A DNA stretch of 64,000 nt from Felis catus. Its lineage: Eukaryota. The notes beneath the pieces were generated by a model. That model made no database searches and was not told the DNA's origin. It was given only the letters and a program-made list of their open reading frames with translations. Below are positions 50,491-61,299 of this stretch, in pieces (position 1 is the stretch's first letter; each line of letters begins with the position of its first letter). The translations under genes and the position numbers were made by a program. The stretch is taken from NCBI RefSeq assembly GCF_018350175.1, contig NC_058368.1, positions 110,238,001-110,302,000 of the forward strand, in the 5' to 3' direction.

Positions 50491-50734
50491 AAGATGAAAT
50501 AGAACAAAGTACCCAACAGCACAAATCAGGAGTCTGTTGAATAGAGGGAATAAATAATTTACATATGAGGAAGGTTCTATTGAGGGAAAAGGTGTGGTGT
50601 GCTCACCATCACATGAGTAGTAAGTAAGTGGCCCAGTCAGGGCTACACTTCAGTCTCAGAAATCCCACCCCCACACTCTGCCATCTCAAAGCAAATCTCA
50701 GCCAGTATTCAGGAGACATATGACAGGGATTAAA

Positions 50735-50990
50735 CGTTGAGACTCTGAGTTGGAGGATCTGGGCTGGATCCTGACTTATTCCTGCCAGCTGTGCGCCTGC
50801 CATCTTTGGTGAACTCCTTCATCTTCCTAAACCTCAGCATGTTCATCTGTAGAATAAGGCAGGCATGGTAACTTCCTGTCAGAATAGCTGTGGTGATTAA
50901 GAGAAGTCATAATAAGCCGACACCATGCTTAGCATGGTGGGTGGCATATAGGTGTCCTCAAATGGTGGCCATCGTCATTGTTATCACCAT
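50735..50990 (+). mobile_element. MIR
   Basis: gatctgggctggatcctgact...aacctcagcatgttcatctgtagaat...gtggcatataggtgtcctcaaatgg. Confidence 0.75.
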
Positions 50991-53900
50991 TAATGAAGAC
51001 AACTAAGGCAGAGAGGTGATGGGCTCATTTGGGGAGGCAAATGACTTCAACAGCTCCATCAATTATTGAAGCTAAATAAGAACGTGCCTTTCCAGTACTT
51101 GAAAAAGCAACCCCCCGAAAGCTGTAGCAGAACGATATAGAATAAAATTCATTGGCATAAATGACACCACGGCCCTGGATGCATTGCCTAAGGAAGAAAT
51201 TATTTGCTACAGAAGCTTCAAACCAGATGGTTATAAATGAGAGTTAGCGCATGGGCATTACTTAATGACTAAATTTCTTTAACTAAAAATCTAATTTTAT
51301 TATGGTATAAATCACACTTTCTTGAAGTAGGGAATTAATTTTAGATTTTTCATTCACTGTTCATAACCTTTCCATGAATTTGACAGCCAAATCATTTTAA
51401 ATGTCATTTAACCAATACAATACAACAGCTTTATTCCTCATTGTACCCTTCCTGAATCCATTATCTTCCACTATAATGTAGGAGAACTTAAGTAAAAAAT
51501 TACCATTCCATAAAGCTGTATTTTACTGTGCAGTTGAACTGCATAATCTTTATTTTTGAATCAATATAATGTGAGTGCTGAGTAATATTTTTCATAATCC
51601 GAAAATCTATTACAGAGTCTCAGCTACCAAAGAGTATAAATGAGGATCCTCAGATTCCATCCTTGGATCCTTGTCACGTCCACCTTAGGCGATGCTCAGG
51701 CTTTCAGTCGTGTGTCAGGCTTGGGTAAAGGGAGGTGGAGCATGGCCACAGACCGAAGGCACAGCTCCTCATCCACACGTCCAGCCATCCTCGGTTAGAG
51801 GGAAAGTCTCAGTCTGTCACTCAGAATATTAACGGGATTTGGTGGCTTCTGGGAAAATGCTGGCTCTGTGGGTTAGGAAGACAGGGATCAAAAGCACCCA
51901 ATACCAAGAAGAGAATGATAGGAAAGCACCAAGCTGAGGGGAGCTGAACATGGCCAGGTCTCCACTCACAAAGTAGATGTGAATCTGGTGCAGATATGGC
52001 ACAGGCTACTGAGGTCACCAGCTTCCAGCCCTCTGCCCACACCAGTGTCATGACAGTGAGCCCAGGACACACAGTGTCTCAGCCCAGCACCAGAAGAGCA
52101 GAAGAAGCCCCTGCTTCAGAGATCCCCGGCCCCCAATGCCTGAAGAAGCTATACAACAAAGTCCACAAGCTCTATTTATAGACCATTTGGTCCTGTTGAG
52201 ATCAAAGCTTTGCTAACAGAACTAATCATTATTGAAATTCTGACAACTAAATTCTAAGTTTTTCAGAGCTGAGATGCTCCTAAAACTAATGCTTCTTTAA
52301 CAACCTTTCTTACAGTTTTTCATTTATTCATTTGAATTTTAAAAACTTTAACCACTCTCATTTTTGCTAGCAAGACACCACTCTGCAATTAAAGTCTTCA
52401 CTCGGACTGACAAAATACAGCTAAATAAAGGGATGCCTTCTGTAGCATGTATTCCTTTACTGACTCCCATATACTGAGCACAAACCAGCCATTCTGTACA
52501 CTTTATCTCATTTATATGGTTCAGTTCAAGACAGGAGGAAAACCGCCTCATTGTTAGATTTCCCAGCACATCCTGTCTGGGTCTTCAAAGCCAGATGACA
52601 AGAGGATTAGGGGATTAACCCTAAACTCAAGTGCTAGCTTAAAAGCCAAGCTGAATTATCCAGCAAACAACAGGATTTGGGGGGTGGGGGCGCAGGGAGG
52701 GTAGAATCTGAACATCCGCTCTGCCTCCTGCCGTCATGTGGAGCCTGTGGCAAGTGCTCAAGGGCATCTCCAAAAAAGGAGATGTGGGCTCTTGAGAAAT
52801 ACCACTTAGTCCAAGGGTCAGCGGTCATCCTTGAAGCTCACATAGAACAGAGGAGCCATATAGGGTAAAAGGATGTGTGTCCTCTCTGGTACACTGCCTT
52901 AACGCCTCTGAGGTGTGTGAAAGGAGGCAGAGTCACAGCACTTCACCTCAATGTGCCTTGGAAGGTGGACACAGGGCCGGGTCCTTCCACCTTCAGCCAG
53001 CAGAGCCCACATGCTGCCTCATCAGGGGAAGCACACTTGTGCTTCTCAAGAGACCAAGAAAGAGAAGGGTGGGGCTGGGCATGGGCCACACACAGGCAAA
53101 GGAAGTGACCTTCTCCAACACTTTGGGGCTGAACCACAAAGGTACACTTAGCCAACTCTGTGTCCCTTCTATGTCCTAGCTAACAATAAATCGATCTGTG
53201 TAAGGGAAGTGCTGCTTACACAGGAACAGAGAGTTTAAAAGGTAGAAGGAAGAGACCATGTATGAACGATTTTGAAAAAATACCAAAGAAATCTCTGTAC
53301 CATTAAGGTATAAGGCATTTATTTAAAAAAAAAAAATCATCATTATGAACCTGCAAATACTGTCCCTGTAGCATACTTGTGAGGGACATTAGTTTTATCA
53401 TGTCCATAAGGGACAATGCGAAACAAGACCCTCACAGCCTCCAGAAGGTCTGAACAATCTGACTTCATGAGTGACTGCTCCACCAGCTACAGCCTTGAGG
53501 GAACCACCCAGATACTCCCACTTTAGTTTACCCATCTGTAAAATGGGAGACCAGACAAGCCAGTCAGGATGAATTAGGTGACGGCTCAGAAACATGGGCT
53601 GTGTCTCCCAGGCAACTCTTCCCAGTGCTTTCTGATGGGGAGCACAGAGTGACCAGTTATCGGAGAAAGCTATGATATTCTGAAGAGAAAAGGTATTAAT
53701 AGTGATTATAAGACACCAGATAGGAAATAAAGTATGGGGATATTTCCCAGGCCTTCAGAAATTGAGATAATCTGGATGATAATTTTCTTGATTTTATAAG
53801 TAAAGAATGAATAGAATATTTTATGAGGATTTAGGGATTTTAGATTTTAGGTATTATTTAAAGCTATGTGTTAAAGGTTATTCACGACATTAAAAACAAG

Positions 53901-54524
53901 AAGGTGGCTCTGAATTTAAGGCCATCTTCTGTGGCAAACCTACCTAAGTGACAGTACAAGTAAACACAAAATCACATCTGAGGAATTAAATGTCAATGAC
54001 TCATTGATCAGTTTAACACCACCGCCTGCACACAGTCAGATTGAGAGACAAAGGAGGAAAGAGGGACACTTTCCAGCTTTCTCTGACAACCCAACAAATT
54101 AAAAACTAATTAACTTTTTGATTTAGAAGGTAATGCACATCTCTGCCTCAGAGCAAGCCATCACGGTGTGCAGGGCCATCCTAACCGTTAGCAGCATGGG
54201 GCTCTAACTCGGCACTCTAGGGCACGGTTTTAACAAATGTCCTCAATCTCCAGGGATACCAGTCAGCTTCCCATTATGTGCAGAGCTAGGTGACCACAGC
54301 AAGCGACAGGCACACTGGATTGCCATTACTAGAGTGGCATCTGTCTCCCCCGCAGTGCACACTCATTCATCTCTTACCCCAGCACAGAGCCTGGCCTATT
54401 GCAGACCCTAAACAAATTTATTGCAAGAATCAAATCAGATTATTTCAAGATCTCCTGGCGAGAATAGGGGGTACAAATGAGGTTCTCCGTGAGAGTCATG
54501 GAGCACACTGGTTGTCATGGAAGC

Positions 54525-54558
54525 CTGACTTCCTATACGTTCTCTTTTTTAGGTAAGT
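54525..54558 (+). other. candidate recursive splice site (branch point + polypyrimidine tract + TAG|GTAAGT)
   Basis: ctgActtcctatacgttctcttttttAG|GTAAGT, with no AG between the branch A (54528) and the acceptor (54551-52). Function is unverified. Confidence 0.35.
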
Positions 54559-54889
54559 TTCCACAGAAACTTCTTCCTTCTCTTCCTCATTCTGGGAGGC
54601 TTCATGTCCATTAGTTGTCCTACCAAATAAGCATCTCTCCCGTGCTGGCTCTGTTCCAGCAGACCATGTACCATTAGAAAATCAAGAGCACTTTGTGGGT
54701 GTTCAGGAGAAGACAGATGGCCTCTAGGAGGAAAGGGGGTAGAAGTTCACATTTTAATTATTCATTATACCCTCCAGGTACCATCCAATAGATGATATAA
54801 CTCAGCATCAACCTGTTTAAGATGATCTTCAAATCTGCCACATTTTTTTCTCTGTTCCAACTGCAAGACCAAGATGAGGTTTAGAATAA

Positions 54890-56565
54890 CCAATACCTAA
54901 GCCAACTTACACCTCAAGGAGCTAGAAAAAGAAAAACAAACAAAACCCTAAACCAGCAGAAGAAAAAATAAAGATTAGAGCAGAAATAAATGAGACACTA
55001 ATTTAAAAAACAATAGAACAGATCAATGAAACCAGGAGTTAGTTCTTTGAAAATATCAACAAAATTCATAAACCCTTAGCCAGACTCCGCAAAAGAGAGA
55101 AAGAACTCAAACAAAATCAGAAATCAAAGAGGAGAAATAACAACCAACACGACAGAAATAGAAAAGATTATAAGGAAATATTATGAAAAATTATATGTCA
55201 ACAAATTGTACAACCTAGAAGAAAGTGATAAATTCCAAGAAACATATAACCTTTCAAAGGTGAATCAGGAAGAAATAGGCAATTTGAACAGAGCAATTAC
55301 TAGCAATGAAATTGAATCAGTAATTGAAAACTCCCAACAAACAGAAGTTCAGGACCAGATGGCTTCACAGGTGAATTCTACAAAACATTTAAAGAAGAGT
55401 TAATACCTATTCTTCTCAAACTATTCCAAAAAAATAGGACAGGAAGGAAAATTTCCAAATTAATTCTATGAGGCCAGCAATACCTTGATATCAAAACCAA
55501 ATCAAGACATCACAAACAAAAGAGAGCGAGAGAGAGAGGGAGAGAGAGAGAGAGAGAGAGAACTACAGGCCAATATCCCTGATGAACATAGATATGTAAA
55601 TCCTCAACAAAACATTAGCAAACAGAATCCAACAACATATTTATTTTTTTTTCAACGTTTATTTATTTTTGGGACAGAGAGAGACAGAGCATGAACGGGG
55701 GAGGGGCAGAGAGAGAGGGAGACACAGAATCGGAAACAGGCTCCAGGCTCCGAGCCATCAGCCCAGAGCCCGACGCGGGGCTCGAACTCACGGACCGCGA
55801 GATCGTGACCTGGCTGAAGTCAGACACTTAACCGACTGCGCCACCCAGGCGCCCCAAGAATCCAACAACATATTTAAAAAATTGTTCGTCAAAATCAAGT
55901 GGGATTTACTTCTGGGTTGCAAGGATGGTTCATTAATCACAAATCAATGCATGTGATATATCACATCAATAAGAGAAAGGGTAAGAACCATAGGAGCACT
56001 TCAACAGATACAGAAAAAGCATTTGACAAAATACAACATCCATTCATGATAAAAAACCCTCAACAAAGTAGGTTTAGAGGAAACATACCTCAACCAAATA
56101 AAGGCCTTACATGAAAAGCCCACAACTAACATCATATTCAATGGGGGAAAACTGAGAAGTTTCCTCTGAAGGGCAAGAACGAGACAGGGATGTCCACTCT
56201 CACCACTGTTGTTCAACAGAGTCCTGGAATCTCAGCCACAGAAATCAGAAAAGAAGAAGAAATAAAAGGCATCCAAATTGGAAAAGGAGAAGTAAAAATT
56301 TCACTCTTTGCACACAATAGGATAACTCTATGTAGGAAATCCTGAAGACTCCACCCAAAAACTGCTGGAACTGATACACGAATTCAGGAAAGTCACAGTA
56401 TACAAAATCCATGTACAGAAATCGGTTGAATTTCTCTACACCAGGAATGAAGCAGAAGAAAGAGAAATAAAGAAAACAATCCCGAGTACTATCAAACCAA
56501 ACAGGATACCTAGAAATAAACTTAACCAAGGAAGGGGCAGACCTGCACTCTGAAAACTATTAAAA
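54890..56565 (+). mobile_element. L1 ORF2 internal fragment (includes degenerate RT domain), truncated at both ends
   Basis: Segments NLEESDKFQETYNLSKVNQEEIGNLNRAITSNEIESVI and QGWFIN...IYHINKRKGKNH...DTEKAFDKIQHPFMIK; RQGCPLSP-coding acagggatgtccactctcacca. Frameshifts, stops and a (GA)n insertion at ~55520-55561. Confidence 0.95.
55644..55855 (-). mobile_element. very young CanSINE (SINEC_Fc) inside the L1
   Basis: Near-consensus and CpG-rich; perfect 20-bp TSD agaatccaacaacatattta at 55624-43 / 55857-76. Confidence 0.98.
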
Positions 56566-57177
56566 AAGTAAATAACCTAGGTCTAGAAAATAAAAAGATA
56601 AAGCAGGAAAAAAGGCTGCCCCCTCGCCCAAGCATAGTCCTCAGGTCTGAATTTCTAGTTCATTCTTTTTTTGACATGGAGCGTGGGGGGAGGGGTGTCA
56701 CAGATATGATCTGACATAACGATGCTAAAAGTTCCAGATCCGCACACGGTAGGGCTGGAGGTAGGTGACACAGGGTGGGGTGGGGGTCAAGTGGGAAAAG
56801 GGGGCCTGGTGACAAGCCTGAAGGGCACCTGATGGGAATACGGATGAATACCCCACAAGCGGCAGATGTCTAAGGACAGGCAAACTTAACGCCCCCAAAG
56901 AGAGACAGGCAAGCCTCCTCCATTTCTGCATCCTCACCAGATTCTCTCCTCCTGCCCAGAAACAGGCGCCTCCCCTCCCACCCTCCGGCCTGGCCTGTGG
57001 CCCTTCCAGCCTCCTGGCCATCTCCTGAACTTTCTCTTCACCTCTCTTTCCTCACTCCCAGACTCCTAGGGAGCACCACCTGCTCTGCCCACCACAGTGA
57101 TTCCCCACAAGACACGCAGCTCTGCACCCAAGGCTCTTGGCAGTGCTCCTGACTGGTCTCATGACATTTATTCACCC

Positions 57178-57660
57178 CTTCATTCCTTCATGTATTCATT
57201 CAATAAATATTTGCTGCCCTGGGAAGACAGCAGTGCCAAGACAGCCACAGTCTCTGTGTCCATGAAGCTTATGATGTGACGTGAAGAGACAGACAACAAG
57301 CAAATGAAATTTACAGAACGTGTCAGGGTAAGAAGCAGCAGGGTCACAAATAAAACAGGGGACGGGGGCAGAATCATGAAGGGGAAAGGACCTGCTATTT
57401 TAAAGATTTTTTTAATGTGTATTCTATTTTTGAGAGACAGAAAGAGCGCGTACAAGAGCGGGGGCAACAGAGAGAGAGGGAGGACCCGAAGCTGGCTCTG
57501 TGCTAAGAGCAGAGAAGCCTACACGGGACTTGATCCCAGGAACTGTGAGATCATGACCTGAGCCAAAGTTGGACGCTCAACTGACTGAGCCACCCGGGTG
57601 CCCCAAGGCTTGCTACTTTAACTGGGTGGTCAGGGAGGACGCCTCCAGGGGACTGTGACT
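57178..57660 (-). mobile_element. L2 fragment interrupted by a SINE
   Basis: cattccttcatgtattcattcaataaatatttg...catgaagcttat...gctattttaa|SINE|gggtggtcagggagg. Confidence 0.75.
57405..57604 (-). mobile_element. CanSINE (felid type)
   Basis: Reverse-complement SINE; TSD-like tgcta(t/c)tttaa. Confidence 0.93.
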
Positions 57661-58619
57661 ATAGTTGAGACCAGTCCCTAAGCCTGACCTTCCCCTGTTC
57701 AGTCATCCCTTATGTCCAAGAAGCCAGCCCCACTCTGCATGCTCTTCCCCCTCCATGGCTGAGGCACGAGCATTGAGAAACGAGAGGGGAAGCATTTGTC
57801 CCAGAAACGGCAGGGACCATCACAATGGCAGCTTGCGTGTGCTGACTTGCCTCCTTCAACCTTCAGTGCCCCCCGCCCCGCCCCCAGCAAGGAACCTCAC
57901 TGATGTCTTCTCACTCCTGCGAGCCTCCACCACCGTGCCCTCCACTCAGTACTTGCTGATTTTTGATTGCTGTCTGTATAAATAATTGGCTGGGCCTCCC
58001 GGGGGTATCCGCTTTTGTACAGGGAGATAAATCTCCAAACACACTTTGATTAGAAGGCACTTTCATTGTACCACTATAAAACTTATATTAAAAATGGAAC
58101 TTAGAGTAGTTTAAATTAAATGAGTTATATATAATTAAAAAGCCTTTAAGGCACAATAAGGCTCTTTTTCAATTTTCGCTTATAACAGAGTCAAAAAGGA
58201 AGAAAGGCACCCGTGGTCAGCATAGCTGGATTGCTATTCACCTAGTAACTAGCCCGTCTGAGAGTTCCAGGTAAAACCAACAGTGTTTTCACCTGCTTCT
58301 TAGGTGGGCAGCTCCAGGAGCTCAGCTTCAAGACTCGAGGCAGTGCCTGTGAGATGGTTGTGAGAACAGAACAGGGCTGTTCCAACAACAATGAACACCA
58401 CTCCTCGGCTGGAGAAATGCCTGCCCTACATCTGCCAGTTCAGAAGCCAGGTCAGCCTGAGTCACCCACACCTCCCAGAAGGGGCCCTGGCTTAGGGCAA
58501 GGGCACATACAAGATGTGTCCCCAAGAGCCTGAGTCCTCTCTCTCCCTGAAGGACAGATGCTTAGAAGGACAGGGAGGAGAGAAGTAGTTGTTTTGCCTG
58601 CATTTCTTCCACGGGCAAG

Positions 58620-58781
58620 CCCAGGGGTTTCCAAATGGCGATCTTTACACAATCCAGAGCCCAAGCTGTGTCCCACACCAATTAAATGACAATCTCTGAG
58701 GTTGGGACCCAGGCCGGTATCAGTATATTTTTAAATATACACAGGTGACGCCAATGTGAAGACGTGTTTGAGAACCATTGG
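58620..58781. mobile_element. MER5A-like hAT MITE
   Basis: caattaaatgacaatctctgaggttgggacccagg...cagtatatttttaa...caggtgacgccaatgtg...tttgagaaccattg. Confidence 0.8.
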
Positions 58782-60731
58782 GCAAACTAAATATCTTACA
58801 AACTCTCCCCCAAATTAGGCTCACACTCCCTACATCACTATGGTTTATGGTGGTGCTGGACAGCCTCTGAGGGACCACCAGGGCTTCTGCGGGGGCTGGC
58901 AGGGCTGTACCAAGAGAAGATGGTGTCACTGGCACAGGACCTACACACCATGGCACAGATTTCTCTTTCCAGCAAGATTTAAGCAAAGCCAGAGAGAAGG
59001 TGTGGGCAGGCCGTGCTCTTTCCACAGGGAGAAATGCCACCTCGCCATCCAAGGCTCAGCAGATCTCAACAGCCACTGGGGGTCACTGGGGAGGGCAGGC
59101 CCAGCATCCAGAACTCAAAGTCTCTCCAAAGACAGGGAGAGTGGGGTAACTGGCCTGGAGCACACGAGCTGATTTTGTGCAGCCACAAGGCTCCCAGCAC
59201 ATGGGGTAAGTGGCTACAAGGTGCTGGCCTCTGGGAGTTTCAGTTTCCTTGGCCGTCAGAGCAGACTCTGGGTGGTGGCTAAGAGATGGTCATGAGAAGT
59301 GAGAAAGGAGGGAAGCCAATAGCACCCCATGTCAGGCAGCTGCTGTAGCTCACCAGTGCCCACCCCCAGACAGCACCCTGGGTACGTCAGGCGTCACCGC
59401 ACCCCAGCACGGAGTACAGCACCCAGGATGCTCGGCAATGTCTCAGGGCCTCTGGAGTAGAGGAGGGGGCAGGAGTTCACCGAGGCAGGTGGGCAATGAC
59501 ACGGAAGGGCAGGGTGGTACGTAGGCTCCAGTGGTTGGTACAGTGTCAACCATAACCCATCAGCATGTGGCTGTACCGGCCCCTTCACACCTCTTCTTAC
59601 ACCAACCCTAGGCTATCACACCTGAGTTTCTCTCACCCTCCAGGCTGCCTAGTGGCTCCAGGACAATTCAATGCCAGGACTCCTTTTCCTGTATCCTTCA
59701 TGTGTCCTGCCTGGCCTACAGAGCTGACCTTCTCTCCCTGTTCACAGGTGGCTGTGACCACTTGCCTGCCACGGGGTGGGGGCTGCAACCTCCTGGGGTA
59801 TACACACCCACCTAGATGAGGTAGGCATAGCTCTAAAGAAGCACCTCCCACTACCACAGCTTGACCAGGCTTCATGCCCCATGTCCCTGGGGCTGCCCTC
59901 CCACTCCCACCTCTGGTGGGGGCAAACGCCTTCTTCCATGATGACCCCTCCAGAGCAGGCACAGAGCTTGCCTCTGGCTATAACCCAGGGCTGACCCCCT
60001 TGCTCACTGGGTGTTGTGACCCTCCAAAACTTTTATCTGACAGTAATCTCTTTGTTCACCCGAGTGGGGAACTTTGCCTCCCTCAGGCCCCAGAGCCCAG
60101 CTTCAGAAAGGGAGAAAGCTTTCATCATCCCTTAGGAACTTCCCAAGGCCAACTCTTAGAAGCAGAAACAGACACTACCACCCATCATCATGCTTAGGTC
60201 TCCATCCAGAGCCTAGACACCCACGGTGTCATATGCATGAGCACAGCAGTGAGCCTAGCCAGGCCCTGCCCTGCAAGAGGGCAGATGCTCAGGGACACAC
60301 CGGACAATGGCTGCAAAGTCCCACCAGACCCCCTTGTAGAACTGGAAGGAAATGGTCATGCTCATTCTGCTGGGATCCATGGCTGCCCTAGAAACCCTTT
60401 CCCGCAGTAGGAGAACTAAGCAAAAGGTGCATATGTTGGGGAGCCAGGGGCTGAGTAAGGGCAGGACCTGCTCTGCCACTCTCCACAGGGAACGTCAAGA
60501 AACTGCCCACTGCCGAGTTCAGGAGGCTGCCTCAAGCTCCATTGTCCTCTGGGAGGCAGGGACACCTTACCTGATTGATAGGTTCTGTTTTGGCCTTTCA
60601 AGCTCAGTGTCATCAAATGTCCTTTTCTTACCCTCAAAAAAACATGTAGTATTTTTCAGGCTAAGAAAAGCCTCAAACACCAAGCTGTGGTGGTTAGGAG
60701 CATAAGTGTGACCATTAGAATGCTAGGTGAA

Positions 60732-60966
60732 GGGGCGCCTGGGTGGTGCAGTCGGTTGAACGTCCGACTTCAGCAGGTCACGATCTCGCGGTCCGTGAGT
60801 TCGAGCCCCGCGTCAGGCTCTGGGCTGATGGCTCAGAGCCTGGAGCCTGTTTCCGATTCTGTGTCTCCCTCTCTCTCTGCCCCTCCCCTGTTCATGCTCT
60901 GTCTCTCTCTGTCCCAAAAATAAATAAAAACGTTAAAAAAAATAAATAAAAAAAATTTAAAAAAAA
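60732..60966 (+). mobile_element. young CanSINE (SINEC_Fc)
   Basis: TSD agaatgctaggtg at 60717-29 / 60967-79. Confidence 0.97.
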
Positions 60967-61076
60967 AGAATGCTAGGTGCAAACCCCAGCTCCACCATGT
61001 CATATTTGAGAGACTGCAAACAGCTCACCTACATCTGAAGCCTCAGTCTCCAGATGTTTAAAATAAGCAAGTTAAT

Positions 61077-61299
61077 GGGGCACCTGGGTAGCTCAGTCGG
61101 TTAAGCATCCAACTTCAGCTCAGGTCATGATCTGACAGCTACTGGGTTCAAGCCCCATGTCAGGCTCTGTGCTGACAGCTCAGGGCCTGGATCCTGCTTC
61201 AGATTCTGTGTCTCCCTCTCTATCACTCCCCTGTTCATGCTCTGTTTCTCTCTCTCTCTCTTTCTCTCCCTCAAAAATAGACATTAAAAAAAATTTTTT
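61077..61299 (+). mobile_element. CanSINE (felid type)
   Basis: TSD aataagcaagttaa at 61062-75 / 61300-13. Confidence 0.96.

Noticed and set aside
56610..56635. CTCF-like motif (reverse complement gggcgagggggcagc) and a REST-like motif near 59403-59423
   Set aside because: Both mismatch the consensus at key positions and cannot be supported from sequence alone
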